DNA of 61,643 nucleotides from Patescibacteria group bacterium (lineage in GTDB: Bacteria > Patescibacteriota > Microgenomatia > Daviesbacterales > UBA10151), in the NCBI GenBank assembly GCA_943356485.1, contig CALRFD010000003.1, positions 101,815 through 163,457 of the forward strand. The letters run 5' to 3'. The notes below the pieces were generated by a model. The model did not search any database. It was not told where the DNA came from and worked only from the letters and a program-made list of their open reading frames with translations. Below, one piece after another: positions 40,559 through 48,877 of the stretch. Both the position numbers and the translations under genes were made by a program. Within the stretch, counting starts at the first letter, position 1. Each line of letters opens with the position of its first letter.

Positions 40559-41145
40559 AATTTCCCTTTCGTTGAAGGTATCTGATTTATTGCTCTTTGA
40601 TCCAACTCACAAGCCATACGAATTGCCCGAGAAACTGCCTTAAAAATTGCTTCAATTTTGTGGTGCTCATTCTCTCCATATTCAACTTTTATAAATAAAT
40701 TAACTTTGGCATTTTGAGCAAAAGCATCCCAAAAGTGTTTTACAAGTTCAGTAGATAAATCTCCAACTTCTTCCCGAACAAAAGGGCACTCAAATCTAAA
40801 TGAGTATCTACCTGCAAAATCTATAACAACTGTAGCTAATGCTTCATCCATCGGCAGGATAAAAAAACCATAACGATTAATCCCTTTTTTATCTCCCAAG
40901 GCTTTTGCAAAAGTTTCACCTAAAACTATTCCTATATCTTCCACTGTGTGATGTTCATCAATATAAGTGTCCCCAGTTGCTTTAACAGTTAAGTCAAACA
41001 ATCCACCTTTGGCAAAAAGATCCAACATGTGGTTTAAAAATCCAACCGACGTCTCAATTTTTCTTTCTCCCACGCCATCAACATTTAATGAAATCTCTAC
41101 ATTAGTTTCATTAGTTTTTCTTTTTATTATTGCTTTACGATTCAT
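40555..41145 (-). CDS. hisB: imidazoleglycerol-phosphate dehydratase
   Basis: RKTNETNVEISLNVDG, DEHHTVEDIGIVLG, ENEHHKIEAIFKA. Confidence 0.95.
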   Translation of the reverse strand: MNRKAIIKRKTNETNVEISLNVDGVGERKIETSVGFLNHMLDLFAKGGLFDLTVKATGDTYIDEHHTVEDIGIVLGETFAKALGDKKGINRYGFFILPMDEALATVVIDFAGRYSFRFECPFVREEVGDLSTELVKHFWDAFAQNAKVNLFIKVEYGENEHHKIEAIFKAVSRAIRMACELDQRAINQIPSTKGKL

Positions 41146-42695
41146 ACAATTATTCCTCCTTTCATAAGTGCGTTGTAAAAATTACCATTAGTTTGCATAT
41201 AGACAAATTTAACTCCAATATTCTTTGCAAATAATTTATCCGTTGGTCTATCTCCACATACAAAAGATTTATCTTTATTTATTTGATTTTTAATTAGAAA
41301 CTTTTCAACAAGACCTGTTTTAGGTTTTCTGCAATTACAATTTTCTGATGGTAAGTGTGGACAAATAAATATTTCTTTAAACGTAATTCCATTTTTCTTA
41401 AAGATACTAAGCATTTTATTTTGAGGGATTTCAAAATTAGCTTTTGGAAATGAAGCAGTTCCTATTCCATTTTGATTTGAAATCATTATAAGTTCATATC
41501 CTCTATTATTAAGTTCCTTAAGACCTTTAATCACTCCATCTAAAATTCTTAATTTTTCAATACTGTCAATTTGAAATGTATCTTGCGGCTCAAAAATTAA
41601 AGTGCCATCTCTATCTAAAAATGCATACTTTGGTTTGCTTAATATTACGTTTTCGTATACCTCAATAAATTGTTTCATTTGCTTCACAGTTCCAATACTT
41701 ACACGAAGAGTATTTTCTATATTCGTCTTATCTTGAGGTCGCAATAAAATACCATTTTCTTTTAATAGCCTCCCTACCTGATTATTATTTGGTTTAAAAA
41801 GTATAAAGTTAGCTGATGAAGAATAATAAGTTACATCATTTTTATTAAAAAATTCTTCAACCATAGGTTTTGCCTTAGTCATAACTTCATCTACATAGTT
41901 TTGTATTTTTTTAAAATCCTCAAGTGAAGCAAAAGCGGCTGATAAAGCCACCATATTTACATCATAGGGACCACGGATTTTTAAAAACTCATTGATATAA
42001 ATATTTGAAGCAACAATATAACCAACTCTAAGTGAAGCGAGACCAAAAGCTTTTGATAGAGTTCTGGTGACAATAATATTTGGATATTTATTTATAAGTG
42101 GAACTGCGCTAACTCCTGAAAATTCAAAATATGCCTCATCAACCAATACGATAGAGTTTGAAGCTTTTTGTGCAATTTTTTTAATATCATTAATTGATAC
42201 CAAAGTTCCTGTGGGGTTATTAGGGTTACAAACTACAATGAGTTTTACCGATTTATTAATCATTCCTAATACCTCATTAATAGGAAATGATAAATCTGCT
42301 TTTTTGTATAAAGGAGTTAGTATTTTATTTCCCATTATTTGAGCAGATTGATAAAACATTGCAAAGCTGGGAGTAGGGATAATTACAGTATCATCCGTCT
42401 TTGTGAATGTACGGAAAATAATATCAATTGCTTGATCAGATCCGTTGGTGATCATAATCTGATCTGCGTTTACACCTACATATTTAGCCAACTTTTTCTC
42501 AAGGCCACCATATTCTGGATAAACCTGTAATTTATTTGTTGTCAAAAAGTCCTGAATAGCTTTTTGTACCTTTAATGGAGGTGGGAGAGTTCGCTCATTA
42601 AAATCCAATAGTATTCCACTAAATCCACGCCGTCCCGAAAGTGGCGGATTATATGATTTCATTTCTTTAATTCTTTGTAATGCTATATTTTTCAT
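41142..42695 (-). CDS. hisC: histidinol-phosphate aminotransferase fused to a HAD-type histidinol-phosphatase domain
   Basis: N-terminal class-II aminotransferase (NPNNPTG, SKAFGLASLRVGY). C-terminal about 160 aa with FLDRDGTL (DxDxT) and CNCRKPK as in HisB-N/GmhB phosphatases. Confidence 0.8.
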   Translation of the reverse strand: MKNIALQRIKEMKSYNPPLSGRRGFSGILLDFNERTLPPPLKVQKAIQDFLTTNKLQVYPEYGGLEKKLAKYVGVNADQIMITNGSDQAIDIIFRTFTKTDDTVIIPTPSFAMFYQSAQIMGNKILTPLYKKADLSFPINEVLGMINKSVKLIVVCNPNNPTGTLVSINDIKKIAQKASNSIVLVDEAYFEFSGVSAVPLINKYPNIIVTRTLSKAFGLASLRVGYIVASNIYINEFLKIRGPYDVNMVALSAAFASLEDFKKIQNYVDEVMTKAKPMVEEFFNKNDVTYYSSSANFILFKPNNNQVGRLLKENGILLRPQDKTNIENTLRVSIGTVKQMKQFIEVYENVILSKPKYAFLDRDGTLIFEPQDTFQIDSIEKLRILDGVIKGLKELNNRGYELIMISNQNGIGTASFPKANFEIPQNKMLSIFKKNGITFKEIFICPHLPSENCNCRKPKTGLVEKFLIKNQINKDKSFVCGDRPTDKLFAKNIGVKFVYMQTNGNFYNALMKGGIIV

Positions 42696-42699
42696 ATTT

Positions 42700-43986
42700 T
42701 TAAAACCTTATTGATACAGAATTTTTGTGAGCTGGTAATTGCTCAACTGTTGCAACTGTTTCAATCGTTTCTTTAATTTTTAACAATCCATCTTTGGTAC
42801 ACTTTTGCACTTGCATCCATTTTCCAAATGCATCAACCCCTAGAGGTGGATACATTTTTGCCATACCACCTGTTGGTAAAACGTGATTCGCTCCAGTTGC
42901 ATAATCTCCACTGGATTTAGATGTATAGTCTCCTAAGAAAACTGATCCAGCATTAGTTATTTTTGAAACTTTCTTTTCTGGATTTTTAGTCATAATTTCC
43001 AAATGCTCAGGCGCATATTCATTACTAAACTTTATTGCCTCGTCTAAGCTTTCAACCAAAGCAATAAGGCCATATTTAGTTAAGGATTCTTTAGCTCTAT
43101 CTTGAGTAGAGAGTGCAGGTAATTGTTTTTCAATTTCTTTGATAGTTTGTTCTGCTATCTCTTTTGAGGTTGTTAAAAGAACACAAGCAGAATCTCCTCC
43201 GTGTTCACCATCTGCCAGTAAATCGGCTGCAATAAATTTAGGATTTGCTGTCTCATCTGCAATAATAAAAACTTCAGAAGGCCCAGCTGGCATATCAATT
43301 GCAATTTTTTCTAAAGCAAGGATTTTTGCTGCTGTTACGTAGATATTTCCTGCTCCGAATATTTTATAGACACTAGGAATTGTTTCCGTTCCATAAAGCA
43401 TTGCAGCAATGGCTTCAGCTCCACCTACTTTATAAATCCTTTTAATATCCAACATTTCTGCTGCAAGTAAAACAACTGGATTAATTTGTCCATTTGATTG
43501 TGGGGGAGTACAGACAATAATTTCTTTACAACCAGCAATTTTGGCAGGTATTGCTGTCATTAAAAGTGATGAAGGATAAACAGCTTTTCCTCCTGGAATA
43601 TATAATCCTACTTTTTCAATCGCTCTCCATTCTCTCCATACTTCTATTCCCCTTTCAGTTTCTACTATATTATCTTTCTTCGCTTTCAGTTGGTTTTTAC
43701 ATACTTGAGTGATATTTTTGATCATTTGTCGAAGTCCAAATATGACTTGAATATCAACTTCATTGTAAGCTTTATCTAATTCTTCCTTAGTGATTTGAAT
43801 AGAATAATCCCCTTTATTACCCGAGAATTTTCTATAGTATCTAATTAGAGCCTTATCGCCATTTTGTTTAACATCTTGCATAATTTGCTTTACCACAGGA
43901 ATAACACTCTGGTAATCACCAGCAGATCTGTTAATAATTCTTTGATAATCTTTATTTGATAAATCTTTTAGTTTAATTACTTTCAT
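42700..43986 (-). CDS. hisD: histidinol dehydrogenase
   Basis: YIPGGKA.YPSS.LM, PSEV.IIAD, DLLADGEHG, GDY..G.NHVLPT. Start moved to MKVIKL behind an AAGGAG RBS (ORF track 42700..44109). Confidence 0.9.
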   Translation of the reverse strand: MKVIKLKDLSNKDYQRIINRSAGDYQSVIPVVKQIMQDVKQNGDKALIRYYRKFSGNKGDYSIQITKEELDKAYNEVDIQVIFGLRQMIKNITQVCKNQLKAKKDNIVETERGIEVWREWRAIEKVGLYIPGGKAVYPSSLLMTAIPAKIAGCKEIIVCTPPQSNGQINPVVLLAAEMLDIKRIYKVGGAEAIAAMLYGTETIPSVYKIFGAGNIYVTAAKILALEKIAIDMPAGPSEVFIIADETANPKFIAADLLADGEHGGDSACVLLTTSKEIAEQTIKEIEKQLPALSTQDRAKESLTKYGLIALVESLDEAIKFSNEYAPEHLEIMTKNPEKKVSKITNAGSVFLGDYTSKSSGDYATGANHVLPTGGMAKMYPPLGVDAFGKWMQVQKCTKDGLLKIKETIETVATVEQLPAHKNSVSIRF

Positions 43987-43994
43987 ATTTCTCC

Positions 43995-44867
43995 TTAAAT
44001 AATTTTCTCTATTGGCAAAACAATTATTCCTTGTGCACCAATATTTTTTAGTTTTTCTATTGTTTCCCAAAAGACCTGTTCTTTGATAACTGTTTGAATT
44101 GATATCCAACCTGTTTTTGCAAGTGGAGCAATGGTTGGAGATTTAAGACCAGGGACTATTTTCTTTATTTTAGGTAGTAAGTCTTTGGGAGCATTCATCA
44201 TTACATATTTGTAATCCTTAGCTGATAACACACCTTTAAATCTGGTGAGCAACTTTTCCACTAAAATTTTTCTTCCGTTTAATAAACTCTTTTCATTTGC
44301 TACTAAAACCGCTTCAGATTCGTATATTTTGGTAAGCATTCTTAAATCATTCAAAGCAAGAGTACTTCCTGTTGAAGTAAGGTCAACTATAGCTTCTGCT
44401 ACTCCTAGAGCTGGAGCAATTTCTACCGAACCACTAATTTTAACTACTTCTATTGATATGTTATTCTCTTTGAAAAACTTTTTTGTAGACTCTGGATACG
44501 AGGTCGCAATAGTCTTACCTTTTAGATCAGATATATCTTTAACCTCTGAATCCTTAGGCACTGCTACCATTAGGGAGCAGAAACCATATCTTAGATTAAG
44601 AAGTTTCTTAACCTTAGGTCTTTCTTCGTTTAGTATATTTTGACCTAAAATACCCAGGTCCACGGTTCCAGATGCTACATAGTCAGGAATATCATCGTCT
44701 CTGACATATAAAATTTCTAAGGGAAAATTTCTGCATACAGAAAATAGCCTTTGTTTGTAACTTTCAAACTCAAGACCTGATTTCCTTAGGAATTCAAGCG
44801 TCTCTTCAGTTAAACGCCCTCCTTTTTGTATTGCTAGTTTTAATTTTTTACTATCTAAATTTGCCAT
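43995..44867 (-). CDS. hisG: ATP phosphoribosyltransferase, long form
   Basis: LKLAIQKGGRL, RDDDIPDYV..G..DLGI.G, DLTSTGSTL, plus a C-terminal regulatory domain. Confidence 0.9.
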   Translation of the reverse strand: MANLDSKKLKLAIQKGGRLTEETLEFLRKSGLEFESYKQRLFSVCRNFPLEILYVRDDDIPDYVASGTVDLGILGQNILNEERPKVKKLLNLRYGFCSLMVAVPKDSEVKDISDLKGKTIATSYPESTKKFFKENNISIEVVKISGSVEIAPALGVAEAIVDLTSTGSTLALNDLRMLTKIYESEAVLVANEKSLLNGRKILVEKLLTRFKGVLSAKDYKYVMMNAPKDLLPKIKKIVPGLKSPTIAPLAKTGWISIQTVIKEQVFWETIEKLKNIGAQGIIVLPIEKII

Positions 44868-44889
44868 ATTTTTCCTTTCAATCTTTGTG

Positions 44890-44961
44890 GGTGGCTAAGG
44901 AGAATCGAACTCCCGCAACTGATTCCACAAACCAGTGTTCTGCCACTGAACTATAGCCACC
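44890..44961 (-). tRNA. tRNA-His (GUG) with G-1 and C73
   Basis: Hand fold: G-1, acceptor GTGGCTA/TAGCCAC, anticodon loop TTGTGGA, T-loop TTCGATT. Ends 22 nt upstream of the hisG ATG. Confidence 0.9.
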
Positions 44962-44965
44962 ATTT

Positions 44966-45225
44966 TTCCAATAAAAAACCTCCCGTTCATTACCAACCAC
45001 GAAAAATACGTGATTAATAAGGAACGAGAGGCCATAAAAAAAGGACCCCCCGCGGTCCCATCCTTTGTTCTTAAAAAGAGTTACTTCTTAAGCTCTTGGT
45101 CCGGCTCTAGTCTTGTGACTGACAGCGGTCGATATTCTTTGTACAGCTATATCTTTCTGTAGGGTATTTGGCCCTCAGCTCTTGGATCGTGACTCCAATA
45201 CAAACGCCTTTACATATTCAGTTGT
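44966..45225 (-). promoter_or_regulatory. candidate T-box riboswitch leader, His-specific
   Basis: Minus-strand AAAGGAUGGGACCGCGG (45050..45066) against T-box consensus GGGUGGNACCGCG. UGGG matches C73 of tRNA-His. An antiterminator/terminator alternative can be drawn. CAC triplets at 45115..45117 and 45189..45191. Confidence 0.6.
44973..45031 (-). terminator. long intrinsic terminator (T-box terminator helix)
   Basis: Minus strand: CCUCUCGUUCC...GAACGGGAGG followed by UUUUUU. Confidence 0.7.
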
Positions 45226-45231
45226 AAAAGT

Positions 45232-45260
45232 AGTATAACAATAAATACTTATCTTGTCAA
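45232..45260 (-). promoter_or_regulatory. sigma70-type promoter for the T-box/tRNA-His/his transcript
   Basis: Minus strand: TTGACA (45260..45255), 17 nt, TATACT (45237..45232). Confidence 0.55.
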
Positions 45261-45283
45261 ATATGTTATAGGATATCTTAATA

Positions 45284-46372
45284 TTACTTAACTATTTCTT
45301 CTTTCTTATCGCTGCTATCGGTCTTAATTGTTTTAGCTTGTAGTAATTTCCGTTTTTCTAAACTACCCTCCAACATCTCTATTTTTTTATACTTATCAGC
45401 TAATTGCATTTGTAAAGAATCTGTACTCCCATCTTCTTCAGAGATATCTACTCTTCCTCCATTATCAATAAATCTATAGATTAGATCTATAGCCTTTACT
45501 AGTGCAGTGTTAACCTCTTTTGTATCGTTAGTCCCTTCTAGTTTATTTGAGAACTTCTCCATTAACACTCCAACTATTCTTTCGACATTCCCATCTAGCA
45601 GTTTTTCCTCATCCTGTTTCATACCTAAAGAGGCATTTTCTAGTTGTAGTTTTTCTATCTCCAAGTTTAATTTTCTAAGACTTAAAATCTTTTCATAAAT
45701 ACTAAGTAGTTCTTTAACAACTATACCTATAGCCTTTGCAACCAAAACAGCTAGTGCCAGATCTACTACTAACGGAGATCCCTTCTGAATAGAAAATATC
45801 TTAGATTCCTCTGCGGGGTCCTTTGTTAATCTGGAGAAAGCTAATAAAATAATTCTCCATTCTTTAGAATACTTTTCTAAATCATTAAGAGTTTCTACTG
45901 AAGAATCTTTATCGAATACTAATTGTAATAGTTGTTTACCTTTTTCTAATTCTTCACCACCTTGAGTTGCTAGGTTAGTCATATTACTTAGAAGATTTTT
46001 TGTAGTTTGGTTGAAGTTTGTTAAGTTATTTAAAATCTCTTGAACTTGTTGTGCAGCACCAGCAGGATCTGCTTGATATTTTTCAAAGATACTTTCCAAG
46101 GCTTTTTTCGCTTTGATACCTATAAATTTATCTGCTCCATAATCCTCAAATAATTTTAATTTTAAGAAGTCCCATCCTTTTGGTTGAATTTCGGTTTGAA
46201 GCTGCTCAATTTGTTCTTTTTTTTGGAGTAATTGAGCTGAATTTTCTGGAGAAGGAGAGGATTGAGCTTGATTGAGTAGATTTATTAATTCTTGATATAA
46301 ATTGGGGAGATTATTCTCGTTTATAACTTTGTCTATATAACTTAAAACTGAAACAAATTCTTTTAATTGCAT
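45284..46372 (-). CDS. hypothetical coiled-coil protein with one central TM
   Basis: 362-aa ORF; no motif recognised. Its ATG directly follows a hairpin + T-run, so the start is uncertain. Confidence 0.4.
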   Translation of the reverse strand: MQLKEFVSVLSYIDKVINENNLPNLYQELINLLNQAQSSPSPENSAQLLQKKEQIEQLQTEIQPKGWDFLKLKLFEDYGADKFIGIKAKKALESIFEKYQADPAGAAQQVQEILNNLTNFNQTTKNLLSNMTNLATQGGEELEKGKQLLQLVFDKDSSVETLNDLEKYSKEWRIILLAFSRLTKDPAEESKIFSIQKGSPLVVDLALAVLVAKAIGIVVKELLSIYEKILSLRKLNLEIEKLQLENASLGMKQDEEKLLDGNVERIVGVLMEKFSNKLEGTNDTKEVNTALVKAIDLIYRFIDNGGRVDISEEDGSTDSLQMQLADKYKKIEMLEGSLEKRKLLQAKTIKTDSSDKKEEIVK

Positions 46373-46393
46373 AAAAAAGCCCCTCTTGGGGGC
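46373..46393 (-). terminator. intrinsic terminator abutting the start codon of the 45284..46372 ORF
   Basis: Minus strand: GCCCCCAAGAGGGGC + TTTTTT, then immediately ATG. Confidence 0.45.
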
Positions 46394-46529
46394 ATTAATA
46401 AAAAGTATATAACTTTACTTAATAAACCACAAGATTATATTTTGATATAAATTGCCTCTCTTGAAACAATATCTTTAAGCAGTATAGTAAGGGGGCGAAA
46501 AGTTCTTTAAAATTTTTGCGTTTTTTGTA

Positions 46530-46548
46530 GTCCCGATTATATCGGGAC
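46530..46548. repeat. GTCCCG..CGGGAC hairpin, copy 2
   Basis: tAGTCCCGATTATATCGGGACGt. Confidence 0.5.
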
Positions 46549-46583
46549 GTGTTCGAGCCGACAGTTTAGAGCGGTAGGCCTCC

Positions 46584-46680
46584 GGCCGAGCGGATACAGA
46601 TAAAAGCCCCGCCGCAGGCGGGGCATCTTTCGACTCAATGCGATTGGAATTGCGTTCGAATTTTTCGATAGACCGCCAGC
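46584..46680. repeat. 97-bp perfect inverted repeat, arm B (partner 34147..34243)
   Basis: Reverse complement identical to 34147..34243. Confidence 0.9.
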
Positions 46681-46760
46681 AAATCTGGATCGGAGGGGCG
46701 CGGAACGTCAGAAATCGCGGGGAGGGGGTACGTTGCGAGGGTTTTCCAGCCTCGGTTTTG
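46677..46760. repeat. 84-bp perfect inverted repeat, left arm (partner 48311..48394)
   Basis: Reverse complement identical to 48311..48394. Shares the 4 nt CAGC/GCTG with arm B. Confidence 0.9.
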
Positions 46761-46885
46761 GAAGTTGTCGGGAATAAAAAGAAACAAAAAACGGACTGGT
46801 ACGCAAAAATTTAGCTCACGTTGTTCGCAGAAAAGAACTTTTCCTTTTAAGAGGAAAACCAAAAAATATAATTAAATAAACTGCC

Positions 46886-48424
46886 ATGAAATATATAGCA
46901 TATTGCAGAAAATCTACAGATGAACCAGACAGACAGATCCTCTCCATTGAGGCTCAAATTGCAGAAGTTAAGGAGTTTGCAGAGAGAGAAGGTTTAGAAG
47001 TAGTTAAATTTATTACCGAGAGTAAAACTGCTAAAGAACCTGGAAGAGAAAAATTTACAGAACTTATAAGGATGTTGGAAGCAGGAGAGGCTAATGGAAT
47101 CTTGAGTTGGCATCCGGATAGATTAGCTAGAAACTCGATAGACGGAGGAAGAATTATTTACCTTTTAGATACAGGTAAGTTACTTGACTTAAAGTTTCCT
47201 CAATTTTGGTTTGATAATACTCCTCAGGGAAAGTTCATGCTAAATATTGCTTTTGGGCAAAGTAAATATTATGTAGACAATTTATCTGAAAATGTTAAAA
47301 GGGGTAACAGACAAAAACTTCGTAGAGGTGAGTGGCCTAATCACGCACCATTTGGGTACATTAATGACTCGAGGACAAAACTTATTCAGATAGATAGGAA
47401 ACGAGCTCCGTTTTTAGTTAAGGCTTTTGAAATGTTTTCAACTGGTGGATACACCTATGTAGACATCATAAATTATTTTACTAAGAATAAAGTATTTAAT
47501 ACTTCTAATGGAGATAGAATTTTCCATAAAGATAAGATGAAAAGAATATTAGGAGATCCTTTCTATACAGGATTGATGAGATTTAATGGTGAACTATATG
47601 AGGGGAAGCATAAATCTTTAATAACTAAAAAGCTATTTGACCAAGTTCAGGAAATAATTAAATCCAGGAATAGAAAACAAAAAGTTATTAAACAGGAGTT
47701 TGAATTTTTAGGACTAATGATGTGTAAAGAATGTGGTGGAGCAATAACTGCTGAAAAACATACAAGATTTTATCCCAGAACTAATAATACTGTAGATTTC
47801 ATTTACTACAGATGCTCTAAGAAAAAAGGCTACTGTTCACAAAGGTACGCTAAAAAAGATGATATAGAGCAACAGATTAAGGATGCTGTGTCAAAAGTTT
47901 CTTTAACCGAGTTTGCCGCCAATAAATTCCTAGAATGGGCCAATAAAGATGCTGAGAAAGAAAAGACAAAAGTATCTGGGTTAATAGAACAGTTAAAAAG
48001 AGAACTCAAAGAAACCGAAGAAAAATTAGATAGATTACTTGAAGGCTACCTAGACAAAGTAATTGATTCCCAAGAATATCAACATAAAAAGAACGTCCTA
48101 ATACAAGAAAAACTATCATTACAGGGAAGAATTAAGGAAATTTCAGAGCGAGGCACTGAATGGCTCGAACCACTCAAAAACTTCATTGGTAGCGCACTTT
48201 CGTGCGCAAAAATCGCGCGCGCAAAAAATACCAACCATGATTTGGCAATCATGGTAAAAACTGTCGGCTCGAACTTCTTTTTATTCAATCAACAACTTCA
48301 AGTGGAATATCAAAACCGAGGCTGGAAAACCCTCGCAACGTACCCCCTCCCCGCGATTTCTGACGTTCCGCGCCCCTCCGATCCAGATTTGCTGCGGGAC
48401 ATGGATTCGAACCATGATAGATAG
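46886..48424 (+). CDS. large serine recombinase (recombinase 2)
   Basis: AYCRKSTDEPDRQ..SIEAQ, WHPDRLARN, zinc ribbon CKECGG...YYRCSKKKGYC, coiled coil. The last ~38 codons lie in the IR and tRNA-Gln, so the true stop is uncertain. Confidence 0.85.
   Translation: MKYIAYCRKSTDEPDRQILSIEAQIAEVKEFAEREGLEVVKFITESKTAKEPGREKFTELIRMLEAGEANGILSWHPDRLARNSIDGGRIIYLLDTGKLLDLKFPQFWFDNTPQGKFMLNIAFGQSKYYVDNLSENVKRGNRQKLRRGEWPNHAPFGYINDSRTKLIQIDRKRAPFLVKAFEMFSTGGYTYVDIINYFTKNKVFNTSNGDRIFHKDKMKRILGDPFYTGLMRFNGELYEGKHKSLITKKLFDQVQEIIKSRNRKQKVIKQEFEFLGLMMCKECGGAITAEKHTRFYPRTNNTVDFIYYRCSKKKGYCSQRYAKKDDIEQQIKDAVSKVSLTEFAANKFLEWANKDAEKEKTKVSGLIEQLKRELKETEEKLDRLLEGYLDKVIDSQEYQHKKNVLIQEKLSLQGRIKEISERGTEWLEPLKNFIGSALSCAKIARAKNTNHDLAIMVKTVGSNFFLFNQQLQVEYQNRGWKTLATYPLPAISDVPRPSDPDLLRDMDSNHDR
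48311..48394. repeat. 84-bp perfect inverted repeat, right arm
   Basis: Identical to the reverse complement of 46677..46760. Overlaps the tRNA-Gln 3' end by 3 nt. Confidence 0.9.
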
Positions 48425-48462
48425 CTCCAAAGGCTATCGTCCTGCCATTAGACGATCCCGCA
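48392..48462 (-). tRNA. tRNA-Gln (UUG)
   Basis: Hand fold: U1-A72 acceptor TGCGGGA/TCCCGCA, G73, anticodon loop CTTTGGA, T-arm CATGG-TTCGAAT-CCATG. Confidence 0.85.
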
Positions 48463-48568
48463 TTATAAACCTCTACGTATTATACCCTAAATTAACTGAT
48501 ATGAAATATTTGCATCCTGAATAAAAATATGACTACTATAAAGATATTATAGAAAGGAGGTGAAAAAC

Positions 48569-48772
48569 ATGGATAGCAAAAAATTAATAGGTTGGACAGT
48601 TGCAATAGCAGCTCTAAATTGGGGATTGGTAGGACTTTTAAATATAAATCTGGTCGAGTCAATTTTAGGCCAGGGAACAATGCTGACTAAGGTAGTCTAT
48701 ATTCTTATTGGACTTGCTGGCGCGTATAAGCTTTATATGCTTTCGACAGGAGGATATAAAAGTAAAAAATAA
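48569..48772 (+). CDS. DUF378-family small membrane protein
   Basis: IAALNWGLVGLLNINLVE...YILIGLAGAY; AGGAGG 8 nt upstream of the ATG. Confidence 0.65.
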   Translation: MDSKKLIGWTVAIAALNWGLVGLLNINLVESILGQGTMLTKVVYILIGLAGAYKLYMLSTGGYKSKK

Positions 48773-48799
48773 GTTTTAGATTATTAAGTACTTATTTAA

Positions 48800-48831
48800 A
48801 TCCGGTTCAATTTTTGAGCCGGATTTTTTTT
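48800..48831 (+). terminator. intrinsic terminator
   Basis: ATCCGGTTC-AATTTTT-GAGCCGGAT + T8. Confidence 0.65.
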
Positions 48832-48877
48832 GAACTGGACTTTTTTCGAGTGTAAGTGATAAAATTCCTTTTGTGCT

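Larger units (their letters stand above)
46677..48394 (+). mobile_element. IS-like unit: large serine recombinase bracketed by 84-bp terminal inverted repeats
   Basis: Perfect IRs at both ends, a single recombinase gene inside, and the right end abutting the tRNA-Gln 3' terminus. Confidence 0.5.

Noticed and set aside
45041-45057. Small hairpin GGACC-GCGGGG-GGUCC + U7 (minus strand), first taken as the T-box terminator.
   Set aside because: It would sequester the T-box ACC and leave no antiterminator alternative. The downstream long hairpin (44973..45031) fits the canonical mutually exclusive architecture better. The small stem may be incidental or an additional pause/termination signal.
46635-46862. 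75-aa minus-strand ORF upstream of recombinase 2.
   Set aside because: Its sequence is just the reverse-complement copy of the two inverted-repeat arms. It shares NRGWKTLATYPLPAISDVPRPSDPDLL with the tail of recombinase 2 only because the DNA is repeated.
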